Virus record (IMG/VR): IMGVR_UViG_3300025645_000053
Coordinates: 13,924-77,923 of that record
Strand: one strand, 5' to 3'
Origin: a virus
DNA length: 64,000 nucleotides
Positions 9,364 through 18,986 of this stretch are shown here, one piece after another. Under the pieces are notes generated by a model that made no database searches, was not told the DNA's origin, and saw only the letters and a program-made list of their open reading frames with translations. The position numbers and the translations under genes are program-made. The stretch's first letter is position 1; every line of letters begins with the position of its first letter.

Positions 9364-10053
9364 TTTGCAATTATCATCATGCCAGCGCTTTAAGTTAGAA
9401 TATGTGGTTACTACATTACAGTGTTGACATTTTCGAGTTTTATGATTTATTTTCCCACGGGCGATTTCATCACTAAATTGGCCAAGGCTGTCGATATAAA
9501 TGCCCCACCCTTTTGCCGACATCTTGACTGCGCCTTTATACGCTCTTATAAGCGAATTAATATCGTGTTGGCTAATCACGTCGGCATGCTTGGTATGGAA
9601 GTCCATACGGGTCCCTTTAAAGACGGTTGTACTGTTTTTAAACGTGTATGTGTGATCGTCATAGTTGGGATTAGCCTTTCCGCTAGAGCGTATAGAACAC
9701 GCTTCTATAAACCGGCGTTTATGCGCTTCATAAATAGTTGATGAGAATTTTAGACCTAGCCGTTGGGTATATCCAAAGTGAAAAAACGTATGAAGCGCGA
9801 ATGTCATTTTACATGTGTCTTTGCCAATAGTGAATTTAGTTAATAGCAAATGGGCGATATAATGCTCTCTAAATGTATATGGGAGCATTATTGTTCCACC
9901 AAAACTGTGGGGTAGCACATGATGATTTTCATGCTCAGCCGACGTATAAGTACGTTGTTCACTGACTATTTTATTTGCTAATGCTAAATACGCCCGATAA
10001 TACTTGTTGCATTTAAAGTTATTATAATTTAAAAATTCGTTTACCATTGACAT
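9340..10053 (-). mobile_element. MobE-like HNH homing endonuclease
   Basis: ENHHVLPHSFGG...REHYIAHLLL; C-terminal CQHC...RWHDDNCK. Confidence 0.85.
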
Positions 10054-10075
10054 TACATCTCTATTAGTTTATAAT
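10047..10075 (+). promoter_or_regulatory. sigma70-type promoter of gp43 part 2
   Basis: Perfect TTGACA-17-TATAAT; AAGGA RBS before 10103. Confidence 0.85.
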
Positions 10076-10102
10076 ACTATATATAACATTAAGGATCTTA
10101 CT

Positions 10103-10792
10103 ATGAACATTGATTATTTACTTAGCTCTAATCTAGATAATTTATCTGACGATGAATTGATTGCCTTAGATGCTGAGCTTACGGCAGAAGCTAATCTGCT
10201 CGCCGGATACAAAGGAATTGATTATAATATAGTCGATATTGAGTTAATTCTTCGCATGGATGATAAACTTCAATTGATTGGTCTGGCTGCGACGATGGCT
10301 TATAGCGCTGGTGTTAATTACGGTGATACATTAGGCACAACTGCTATTTGGGATGCTATCATCTATCGTGATTTGTGTTCTCGTAACATGGCTGTACCAC
10401 CTAACAAGCATAAGTTCAAAGATGCGTTTGAAGGCGGCTGGGTTAAAGCTCCTAAGGTTGGTCTACATAATTGGGTAGTATCATTCGATTTGGCATCGCT
10501 TTATCCCCACTTAATAATGCAAGCAAACATATCTCCAGAAACCTTAGTTGAAGGCGATCGTATAGACGGTCTTACAGTTAATAACTTGTTGGAACGTAAA
10601 AGCTTTGAGGTACCAGACGGTCGAGCGTTATGTCCTAATGGAGTTATGTTTGATACCGAAAAGCAAGGTGTCATTCCTGCGCTAATCAAAACCAAGTATG
10701 CCGCTCGTAAACGTATCAAAAAAGAAATGCTTTCAGCGCAACAAGAATTGGTTAACGTCGAGGAGGAAATGAAACGTCGAGGTATCACTTAA
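10103..10792 (+). CDS. 43: DNA polymerase gp43 part 2 (ExoIII, motif A, first fingers helix)
   Basis: DYNIVD (ExoIII), FEGGWVKAP, SFDLASLYPHLIMQANISPET. Confidence 0.93.
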   Translation: MNIDYLLSSNLDNLSDDELIALDAELTAEANLLAGYKGIDYNIVDIELILRMDDKLQLIGLAATMAYSAGVNYGDTLGTTAIWDAIIYRDLCSRNMAVPPNKHKFKDAFEGGWVKAPKVGLHNWVVSFDLASLYPHLIMQANISPETLVEGDRIDGLTVNNLLERKSFEVPDGRALCPNGVMFDTEKQGVIPALIKTKYAARKRIKKEMLSAQQELVNVEEEMKRRGIT

Positions 10793-10947
10793 TGATACTT
10801 CACTTTGACTCATTGTCTAATAGCGATTTCACGGAGTATTTACGCAAAGCAAACGCTTTACATCGGCTTGGTCACTTTCGACATTTAACACCGCGTGAGT
10901 TAGCAAAACATATTTATGATACTGAAATGAAAAATAAATGCGAATAA
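10792..10947 (+). CDS. small hypothetical protein (51 aa, not in ORF track)
   Basis: MILHFDSLSNSDFTEYLRKANAL...ELAKHIYD; TAATG coupling. Confidence 0.6.
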   Translation: MILHFDSLSNSDFTEYLRKANALHRLGHFRHLTPRELAKHIYDTEMKNKCE

Positions 10948-11044
10948 CTGCAGTATTAAGAATGTGATATGTATAAATAATAATGAACAGAGTGGTATTG
11001 GTAGTACCACTCCATCCTCAGACATAACCAACAGGAAATTACTC

Positions 11045-11788
11045 ATGTCCATTACTATTTATCAACACCAGTTAGACACTCATTTAGAAACTGTAATATC
11101 ATCATTAAAAGCAGGCGAGTCATTACTTCAGCTATGCAAGAAATACAGCATAAACTATCATGCCTTTCGTAAAGTGATAAAGCGTGATTATCCAACGTTG
11201 TTGTCAATGAAAAAGTCAAAACAAATGCGTGAAAGAATGTCTGCTTCAACTCGGAAGTTCTCACCTGACGAAGAGCAACATATAATTGAACGCTACATGG
11301 CCGGCGAAAGCGCATATCAGATTCTTAAAGACTATGATGTTGTAGTCAATGTTATATACAGCATTCTAAAAAGAAACAACATTCCTAAGAATAACCAGTC
11401 CAGTTATTGGACTGATGAAATGCGAGAAAAGCAACGGCAGTTGTGCTATGATGGTATTGTTGGCATACATGCTCAAGGTGATGGTGCATATCGTTTCACT
11501 AAACCTGAGAGAGACTTTGCTAAATGGTGTGAAGATAACACCATTGCATACGAAAGACAATTCCAAATAACAAAAGGCACTCACCGTTATGATTTCATTA
11601 TAAGCGATACTAATATCTTAGTAGAAATTGATGGTGAATATTGGCATAGCACACCAGAACAAACCGCAAAGGACCGTTCGTTTGAGGAATATGCAATTGA
11701 CAACGGTTACGCCGTTATTCGCTTTACTGATAAAGAAATGCGTAAAACAAAAAATAATTGTTTACAAGCACTTAAAAGTTTGATATAA
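11045..11788 (+). mobile_element. DUF559/Vsr-like endonuclease with N-terminal HTH repeats, probable homing endonuclease
   Basis: TKPE, RYDF, VEIDGEYWH, GYAVIRF; TATAAATA at 10972 and a hairpin upstream. Confidence 0.8.
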
Positions 11789-11789
11789 T
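11761..11789 (+). promoter_or_regulatory. sigma70-type promoter of gp43 part 3
   Basis: TTTACA-17-TATAAT; GAGGA RBS before ATG 11817. Confidence 0.75.
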
Positions 11790-11816
11790 AGAACATTACA
11801 ATATGAGGAATACACT

Positions 11817-13169
11817 ATGGATTTAAAAACACTAAGCGACGATGAGCTGCGAGCTTTACATTATGAATACAGTAAAAAGTATTCAACGCTTGACAACCAA
11901 CAAATGAGTATCAAAATCCTAAACTTATTGGGCCTCTAATCAGGAATGATTAGATGAGAATCGGGTGAACTCAGGGAAGGCTTTAATATGCTAATCCTGA
12001 GCCAAGACCTTTATTATGTAAAGGTAAGGTGCAACGACTATCCGAAAGGAGTAGAGATCAAGTGGTCTCGAAGCGCCCGACAGCCAGACCGGCTGATGAT
12101 ATAGTCTGATCTTATACGAAAGTATAAGCTGGGTTCGTCCCGGGATATGATTAACGCTCGTATCCGAACATCATGAATGAACAGTTTGTATGGTGCGATG
12201 GGTTCAGCTTACTTCAGATATTTTGATTTGCGAATGGCTGAAGGCATTACATTGTATGGTCAGTTATCAATTCGTTGGGCTGAGAAATCGTTTAACAACT
12301 TCATTAATAAAATCATGGGTACTACCAAATGTGATTATGTTATTGCTGCTGATACTGATTCTAATTATTTAGATTTTGGCCCACTTGTCGAAAAACTCGG
12401 ATTAGCAAAAACTAATGATACTAAAGGTATTGTTGATATTATCGACAAAATGTGCAGCGATCAGTTTGAACCAATGATTGCTAAATGTTATGACGATCTT
12501 GCTAAATACATGCATGCCTATCAGAACAAAATGGTTATGGAACGTGAAGTAATTGCTGATCTTGGTATATGGACTGCAAAGAAACGTTATATACTAAATG
12601 TACATAACTCTGAAGGTGTATCATTTAAAGAACCTAAACTAAAGATCATGGGTATCGAAGCAATTAAATCTTCAACACCAGCAATATGTCGTGATGCTTT
12701 AAAGAATATCTTCAAGGTTATAATGACTGGTTCTGAGCTTAAAACCCGTAAGGCTATTACTGACTTTCAAGAGTTCTTTCATGCTCAGCCGCCTGAAGCA
12801 GTATCGTTTCCACGTGGAGTTTCTGATATTGTTAAATGGCGCGATGGTGACGGATATAAGTCAAGATGTCCTATACATGTACGCGGCGCTATAATGTATA
12901 ATGTTGGTATTGAGCAGAAGAAACTTAAAAAGTATACTGCAGTTCGTAATGGCGACAAAGTTAAGTTCTGTTACCTTAAGTTGCCTAATCCCATCAAGGA
13001 AAATGTTATTTCGTTTCCTGATTATTTACCGCCTGAGTTAAATTTGAATGCGTATGTTGATTATGATAAGCAATTCAGTAAAACCTTTATAGATCCAATT
13101 GAACCTGTACTTAAGGCTATCGGTTGGTCAGTTGAAGAGCAGTCGAGTTTGGAGGATTTCTTCGGTTAA
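11817..13169 (+). CDS. 43: DNA polymerase gp43 part 3, spliced: join(11817..11920,12176..13169)
   Basis: Exon 1 MDLKTLSDDEL...QQMSIKI plus CT|A restores KILMNSLYG (motif B); ADTDS (motif C), KKRY, C-terminal SSLEDFFG. Confidence 0.92.
11921..12175 (+). ncRNA. ORF-less group I intron (255 nt)
   Basis: 5' exon ends in U with P1 CCU|AA..UUGGG; terminal G; P7 GACTA/TAGTC; TCAGGG/CCTGAG pairing; removal restores frame and motif B. Confidence 0.92.
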
Positions 13170-13273
13170 GGTATATCCATATATCAAACAGTTCTATAAA
13201 AAACTATATACATTAGTCGAACTGTTTGATATAATAGTACCATAAATTGATAACAACCTAACGGAAATACATT

Positions 13274-13492
13274 ATGACTATACTTGCTAAAGCTCAAAGC
13301 CCAAAAATCGAAATAAACCTAGACGGTCCTGACGGCAATGCTTATTGTCTATTAAGCTGCGCTAGATACTTATGTCAGAAATACGCTCTTGACTATGATG
13401 CAATACACGCTGAATTAACTGCTGGCGACTACGAAGATCTTATTCAAACTTTCGATAAACATTTTGGTAATTATGTGAATTTATATAGATAA
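13274..13492 (+). CDS. hypothetical early protein
   Basis: INLDGPDGNAY motif; early promoter upstream. Confidence 0.75.
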   Translation: MTILAKAQSPKIEINLDGPDGNAYCLLSCARYLCQKYALDYDAIHAELTAGDYEDLIQTFDKHFGNYVNLYR

Positions 13493-13562
13493 AGTTGTTG
13501 ACAAGTCAAACCAAAATTGATATAATAGATCTACAAATTGAGTTAAGGAATAAAAATACATT

Positions 13563-13982
13563 ATGGCATTTATCACTACTATCGTTACCGAAGATCTTAT
13601 CGAAAAAACCAAAACATACATCACTGATGTCGTTAACCCACTAGTTGCTTTAGGCAATCATGAAGAAGCAGTTGTAACAAAATCATTCTTCGGATTGTTT
13701 ACTACCACTAAAATGATATCACCATATGCTGAAGACGTAGAGTTTATCATTGAAGATAACGATCTTATTGGCATATTGTCTTACACTGATCTTGATGAAT
13801 CTTATACTGTGTATTTTCGAAGCGATGCGCTTGAATTAATCAGAACTATTGCTTCATTTCAAGGCAAAGGTACAATCGGTTTAAGCGATAAAGAATTCGC
13901 GACTTTCAATAGATTCAAGAATACTGACGTTGATTTGTTAGTTCTTGAAGTACAAAACCTTAAGGATTCAATAAATGCTTAA
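13563..13982 (+). CDS. hypothetical early protein
   Basis: Promoter module and AAGGA RBS. Confidence 0.7.
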   Translation: MAFITTIVTEDLIEKTKTYITDVVNPLVALGNHEEAVVTKSFFGLFTTTKMISPYAEDVEFIIEDNDLIGILSYTDLDESYTVYFRSDALELIRTIASFQGKGTIGLSDKEFATFNRFKNTDVDLLVLEVQNLKDSINA

Positions 13983-15300
13983 TCTTGATAATGTAGTTAA
14001 AACCATAAAGGCTCTTGAGTCGACAACAAAGCGTCTTGAAAAAGAAGCGATATTGACAAAGGTTTTGTCTTCGACTGAGCCTTGGGCTGAAGTATTCATT
14101 GACGGTTTTAAAGCTGCGCTTGATACATATACGACATATGGTGTCAAAAAGCTGCCTTATGGTAAAGACGGTAAAAGTTGCGAAAGCACTTATTCTCGGT
14201 TTTGTGCTGTTGCTCGCAATCTGAAAAATCGTGAATTGACTGGTCATAATGCACTTGACGCGCTTGATGTATTTGCTAATACTCAATGCTCAGAATATCA
14301 TTGGGTCGGTTTCTTTAGACGGATTCTTTCACGTGACATGCGCTGCGGAGTCAATGTATCGACATGGAATAACGTTGCAAAGAAAGCTAATAAAGATGCT
14401 ATGATTCCAGTATTTAGTTGTCAACTTGCAAAGGACGGCGCTAAAGAAAAAGCTATCACTGGTACTAAACTTGTTGAAGTAAAACTTGATGGTGTACGTG
14501 TTATCACTATTGTTCGCCCGGATAGAACAGAAATGTATAGTCGGAACGGAAAACGTCTTGATAACTTTGTTAAGGTTCGCGAATGGTTTGAAGCAAAGGT
14601 TGCTCCACATATTGCTGAAGCAATGGTATTTGATGGCGAAATTATGTCAAGTTCATTCAATGATTTAATGACTCAAGTACGTCGTAAGTCTGATGTTCAA
14701 ACTGATGATGCAGTTCTTCATGTATTCGATTGTTTACCGCTTGAAGACTTCAAAACTGGTTTTTATCCCAGGAGTAATATTGTTCGTAAAGAAACACTGA
14801 CCACTTATGCTGATTTCTTTAACGATAGAATTATTCGTGCTTGCTCTCATAAAGTTGTCGACTTCGATACTGAAGAAGGACTTGCATCATTCAAACAATT
14901 GAATAAAGAAGCGATTGATGGCGGATACGAAGGTCTAATGTTAAAAGATCCTCAATCTCCATATACATGCAAACGTAATAAAGATTGGTTGAAGATTAAA
15001 CCATTCATTGAAGTTACGCTTAAAGTTATTGCAATCGAAGAAGGTACTGGAAAGTACGTTGGTTCAACAGGAGCATTGGTTTGTGAAGGAGTTGACGATG
15101 GCGTAGCGATTACTGTAAACGTTGGTTCAGGATTAACTGATGAAATGCGTAAAGACATATGGGCTGACCAATCAAAAGTCATTGGTCAACTTGTCGAAAT
15201 AAAAGCAGACGCTGTGTCTCAAAACAGTAATGGAACAAATAGTTTACGGTTCCCACGGTTTAAAACCTTCCGTGGATTTGACATTAACGAGAAACTTTGA
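13975..15300 (+). CDS. 30: ATP-dependent DNA ligase
   Basis: EVKLDGVR, FDGE, EGLMLK, WLKIK, SLRFPRF. Confidence 0.95.
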   Translation: MLNLDNVVKTIKALESTTKRLEKEAILTKVLSSTEPWAEVFIDGFKAALDTYTTYGVKKLPYGKDGKSCESTYSRFCAVARNLKNRELTGHNALDALDVFANTQCSEYHWVGFFRRILSRDMRCGVNVSTWNNVAKKANKDAMIPVFSCQLAKDGAKEKAITGTKLVEVKLDGVRVITIVRPDRTEMYSRNGKRLDNFVKVREWFEAKVAPHIAEAMVFDGEIMSSSFNDLMTQVRRKSDVQTDDAVLHVFDCLPLEDFKTGFYPRSNIVRKETLTTYADFFNDRIIRACSHKVVDFDTEEGLASFKQLNKEAIDGGYEGLMLKDPQSPYTCKRNKDWLKIKPFIEVTLKVIAIEEGTGKYVGSTGALVCEGVDDGVAITVNVGSGLTDEMRKDIWADQSKVIGQLVEIKADAVSQNSNGTNSLRFPRFKTFRGFDINEKL

Positions 15301-15334
15301 TATAATAGATCTACAATAAACTGGAGAAGTAAAT

Positions 15335-15472
15335 ATGAGTGAAAGTAACAAGAAAGTAAGAAACTGGCAGGCAGATCCTCAGGCAGCATATGAGTATGTT
15401 TTCAATACTCACTTTTGGGGTGACCGTAATAACGCAGGCGACAATTACAAGCCTAAACCTAAAAAAGCTTAA
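15335..15472 (+). CDS. small hypothetical protein (45 aa, not in ORF track)
   Basis: TTGACA-17-TATAAT promoter, GGAG RBS, MSESNKKVRNWQ... Confidence 0.6.
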   Translation: MSESNKKVRNWQADPQAAYEYVFNTHFWGDRNNAGDNYKPKPKKA

Positions 15473-15690
15473 GAGAGCCTCTCCTGCTACCGACTTTGTC
15501 TAAGGTAAAGCCAATCGCTATCTTCGGACGTGATGTTCCCTTAGTTGAGGTAAGCACACTGCGAGAAAATGCCACAGAGATTGGTCTGAATCTGTGGAGA
15601 TGGCCGTTTAGGACTGAGATTGTAAGTCATATGTGTACAGTATGCTGATAATGAGGATAAGGGTTATAATGACCGTCTCCCTCAACTTTT
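15473..15690 (+). ncRNA. candidate structured ncRNA or leader
   Basis: GC-richer non-coding stretch with nested stems AGTTGAGG/CCTCAACT, GGAGATGG/CCGTCTCC and CCACAGA/TCTGTGG. Confidence 0.45.
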
Positions 15691-15711
15691 AATTAATTAT
15701 TGGAGTATTAA

Positions 15712-16131
15712 ATGAGTAAAGATTGGTGTAAAGACATTGCTGAAATGCACGAGAAATATAAAGTTCGCGGTTGGGTAGCAAACAATCCTGAGAAACTTAA
15801 AGAGTTTTTGGCGTTTCGTATCATGTTTTTAGAAGAAGAACTTAATGAAACATATGCCGCGCTTGAAGCAAAAGATGCTGAAGAGCTTGTAGACGGTTTG
15901 ATTGATTTGTGTGTTGTCGCAATTGGTACGCTTGATGCGTTCGCTATCGACCCATACAAAGCTTGGGACAGAGTTCTTAAAGCCAATATGGCAAAAGAAG
16001 TTGGTCAGAAAGCTACGCGACCTAACGCACTTGGTCTTCCTGATTTGATAAAGCCGACAATGGAATCGCACGGTTATGATTGGACTGCACCATCGCATGA
16101 AGGTAATCACGGTTTGTTCACTAAGATATAG
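15712..16131 (+). CDS. MazG/PRA-PH-like dNTP pyrophosphatase
   Basis: EEELNE...EELVDGLID, ANMAK, LIKP. Confidence 0.8.
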   Translation: MSKDWCKDIAEMHEKYKVRGWVANNPEKLKEFLAFRIMFLEEELNETYAALEAKDAEELVDGLIDLCVVAIGTLDAFAIDPYKAWDRVLKANMAKEVGQKATRPNALGLPDLIKPTMESHGYDWTAPSHEGNHGLFTKI

Positions 16132-16230
16132 CCATATTCTTTTAAGTTCTAATAAACTTATTGACATGGAAGTCAATACTTGATATAATAGTACCATAAA
16201 TTGATAACAACTATTTGGAAATATTATATT

Positions 16231-16512
16231 ATGACTACTCGCTCAAACGCTTATATCACCACTCTTGACCCAACTTCAACTGACGACATGGCAATACTTG
16301 CCAAAATCCGCGCACGTGTTACTGCCGCAAATAAAAGATCTTTAAAACAACAACGTGTTTGCGTTCGCGGCCGTAAGCCTATAACTAAAAAGACAATTAC
16401 TAACTTCTGGACTGGCCACACAAGCACTGTTGGTTTTGACCACGGTGGCAATGTTGTTGGTGGCCTTGCCAATGCTTCTTCACTTGATGTTTACATTTAC
16501 GCGCGTCGTTAA
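16231..16512 (+). CDS. hypothetical early protein
   Basis: Follows an early promoter module. Confidence 0.65.
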   Translation: MTTRSNAYITTLDPTSTDDMAILAKIRARVTAANKRSLKQQRVCVRGRKPITKKTITNFWTGHTSTVGFDHGGNVVGGLANASSLDVYIYARR

Positions 16513-16526
16513 TTGGAAATTATATT

Positions 16527-16982
16527 ATGAAAAATTTATTGAAAAATACTACATATTTGGGTTCTCTTTCTATAGATGGCAAAAGGTTAAAGTTTTCACG
16601 TGCATTAAACATGGCACGCTGTAACGTTATTGCTATGGGCGACGTTGTCTATTTCATGTGTATTAAAAACAAAATCCATAAAATAGGTATTGCTGGCGGT
16701 GAAACCGGCTGGGAAAGTCGGGTTAATATGTACAGTAAAGGTGAAACCGAAGGGGGTGATGCTACTAATCGCCGTATATTTAAAGAATTGCGCGAAATGT
16801 GCGAAACTAATATTGACATTTACGCAGTTTCCGCTCCTCGCCAAAAGATTGTATTGACATGTCCCATTAAAGGTGATATAATAGAACATTATGTACAAAC
16901 TCATCGCGCAGTTGAACTCAGTTTAACTCAGCAGTATATCAAAAGCGGCGGGGAGTTAAGATTCTGCCGCCAACTCAACTAA
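16527..16982 (+). CDS. GIY-YIG nuclease, endonuclease II (DenA)-like
   Basis: VVYF..KIG, RVNMY, DAT, IDIYA and a conserved Glu; layout resembles T4 EndoII. Confidence 0.55.
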   Translation: MKNLLKNTTYLGSLSIDGKRLKFSRALNMARCNVIAMGDVVYFMCIKNKIHKIGIAGGETGWESRVNMYSKGETEGGDATNRRIFKELREMCETNIDIYAVSAPRQKIVLTCPIKGDIIEHYVQTHRAVELSLTQQYIKSGGELRFCRQLN

Positions 16983-16992
16983 GGAAACCACT

Positions 16993-17460
16993 ATGACTGA
17001 AAGATCATCAGTAAAAGTATTACAAGAATGCATTGAATTGCAGACCGCAAAGTCTCGTGATTATCAAAACGCTAAATCGACCGTTCGTCAAGCTGACTAT
17101 TATCCGCATGGCGTAAATACCATTATGGATATTATTCATGCTAAAACCCTTCGTATACGTTCTGTTATCGAAGCAATGGAAAATGATCCTGATTATAAAC
17201 CTAACTTTGAGTCGATGGAAGATTCACTTAAAGACATGATTAACTATGCTTCGTTTGCAGTTGCTTATTCACGTGGTGAAGTTGACGGCCAGTCTACCGA
17301 TCGCGATTTCTTAAACCGTCAACTTAATGCGCCTGTATCTGATTCTGAGCCGTCTACTCTTTTAAAACCATTTACTGATGAAGATATAGACGCTATGAAT
17401 ATGTTTCCAACGCATTCTTATGAAATTTTAAAAAATAACTGTGAAGAGCAGATGATATGA
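16993..17460 (+). CDS. nucleotide-modification-associated domain protein (Nmad1/DUF1599-like)
   Basis: KSRDY, KTLR, EDSLKDMINYA. Confidence 0.7.
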   Translation: MTERSSVKVLQECIELQTAKSRDYQNAKSTVRQADYYPHGVNTIMDIIHAKTLRIRSVIEAMENDPDYKPNFESMEDSLKDMINYASFAVAYSRGEVDGQSTDRDFLNRQLNAPVSDSEPSTLLKPFTDEDIDAMNMFPTHSYEILKNNCEEQMI

Positions 17461-18203
17461 ATATAGATGACATACGCGACCATTTCGTTGATGAACTTGA
17501 ATGGCACCAAGAAACAATTGATCGTGGTGGTAATAAGACGCTTGAAATGGTTGGTGCAAGTTTTATTGCTGACGATCCATGTATCTTCGGTACGCCTAAT
17601 ACTGAATACATTGACGCTGAGATCCGTTGGTATTTAACACAATCAACTAATGTTGGTACGCTTGCAAATATTTATGGCAAAACACCAGTTGCTTGGCAGG
17701 CAACCGCAAATCTTTATGGTGAAATAAACTCTAACTATGGCCATCTAATATTTGCTGAAAAGTTCCATAACCAATTCAAACAATGCTTAAATGAGTTAAA
17801 GGGTAATCCGTTTTCGCGTCGTGCTATCATGGTTTATAACCGTCCGTCTATTTGGATTGAATATAACGAAAACTCTAAAAACGATTTCATATGTACTAAT
17901 GCGGTATCATATTACATTCGTGATAATATGTTACAAGCTGTAGTTCAAATGAGAAGTAATGATTGTTGGGCAGGTTATAGAAATGACTATGCGTGGCAAA
18001 TGTACGTAATGGAATTGCTTAAAGACAATTATAATGAGTCAACTAATTCAGATATTAAAATAGGCAACCTTCATTGGCAAGTACAAAATTTGCACGTCTA
18101 TGAGAGAAACTTTTACTTAGTTGATCATTATAGTAAAACTGGTGAACACCATATATCAAAATCTGATTACATATCAACGTATCCTAAAAGTGAGTATATC
18201 TAA
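17457..18203 (+). CDS. 42: dCMP hydroxymethylase-like enzyme (thymidylate synthase fold)
   Basis: INSNYG, DFICTN, MRSND, GYRNDYAWQ, LHVYER match T4 gp42, including the dCMP-specific Asp. Confidence 0.88.
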   Translation: MNIDDIRDHFVDELEWHQETIDRGGNKTLEMVGASFIADDPCIFGTPNTEYIDAEIRWYLTQSTNVGTLANIYGKTPVAWQATANLYGEINSNYGHLIFAEKFHNQFKQCLNELKGNPFSRRAIMVYNRPSIWIEYNENSKNDFICTNAVSYYIRDNMLQAVVQMRSNDCWAGYRNDYAWQMYVMELLKDNYNESTNSDIKIGNLHWQVQNLHVYERNFYLVDHYSKTGEHHISKSDYISTYPKSEYI

Positions 18204-18646
18204 TGAGCAGTCTTTGGAACGAACGGTTTCTAGCGTTAGCACGTGAAGTAAGCACTTGGTCCAAAGACCCATCAACTAAAATCGGAGCGGTTGCAGTACG
18301 TGACCGCCAGATTCTTTCGGTGGGTTATAACGGGTTCCCACGTGGAGTTGAAGACACTGCCGAACGTTTAAACAACCGTGAAACAAAATACAAATATGTA
18401 GTTCATGCAGAACAGAACCTTATATACAATGCTGTTAATAATGGCGTCAGTTTAAAGAATTCTGCTTTATATGTTTGGGGACTACCCGTTTGTAGCGAAT
18501 GTGCAAAGGGAGTTATTCAAGCAGGTTTCTCAAAAGTTTATTGGGCAACCGATTCTAATAAAACTATTGACAAACGATGGGAAGTATTATATAATAGTAC
18601 TGTTGAAATGTTTAATGAAGTTGGAATAGAAGTATATGCCTTATAA
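18203..18646 (+). CDS. cd: dCMP deaminase
   Basis: SKDPSTKIGA, GYNG, HAEQN, CSEC. Confidence 0.93.
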   Translation: MSSLWNERFLALAREVSTWSKDPSTKIGAVAVRDRQILSVGYNGFPRGVEDTAERLNNRETKYKYVVHAEQNLIYNAVNNGVSLKNSALYVWGLPVCSECAKGVIQAGFSKVYWATDSNKTIDKRWEVLYNSTVEMFNEVGIEVYAL

Positions 18647-18986
18647 TGGAAACACTCTTGTAGTTGATTTTGATGATACGCTTTGCATACATCCACATGA
18701 TGACAAGTCTAACATCGCTTGCGGTAAACCAAATTACGATCTTATAAGTGAAATTAATAGGCTCTTCGATAAGGGCTTTGACATATTCATATATACTGCA
18801 CGCGGTCACTTCAGCGCCGACAATCGAGCTGACGCTGAACATAAATACCGTAATGTTATTGAAGTATGGCTAATGGAACATTCTGTTAGTTACACAAAGC
18901 TTTCGTTTGATAAGCCTTATGCAGTTTATTACATTGATGATAAAGCAATAAGGCCAGATGAACTATACTTATTGGAGAAGTTATGA
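18636..18986 (+). CDS. HAD-family phosphatase (capsule-biosynthesis phosphatase-like)
   Basis: DFDDT, YTARG, KP..YYIDDKA. Confidence 0.85.
   Translation: MPYNGNTLVVDFDDTLCIHPHDDKSNIACGKPNYDLISEINRLFDKGFDIFIYTARGHFSADNRADAEHKYRNVIEVWLMEHSVSYTKLSFDKPYAVYYIDDKAIRPDELYLLEKL

Noticed and set aside
9200-11920. Split inteins or ribosomal bypassing as the way gp43 pieces are joined
   Set aside because: No Cys/Ser-starting block A or His-Asn ends at either break. The gaps are 0.7-1 kb with whole genes inside, and each downstream piece has its own promoter and RBS.
12177-13169. ORF-track call of a 330-aa protein starting MNSLYG
   Set aside because: It starts in the middle of motif B and is exon 2 of the spliced gene beginning at 11817.
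15430-15690. tmRNA, from a faint resemblance of ...GCTTAA GAGAGCC to the tag region
   Set aside because: No tRNA-like acceptor stem, T-arm or CCA end, and the peptide does not end like a proteolysis tag.
17457-18203. Second thymidylate synthase or dUMP hydroxymethylase
   Set aside because: It has Asp (RND) where dUMP-specific enzymes have Asn, and a canonical td is present at 27599.
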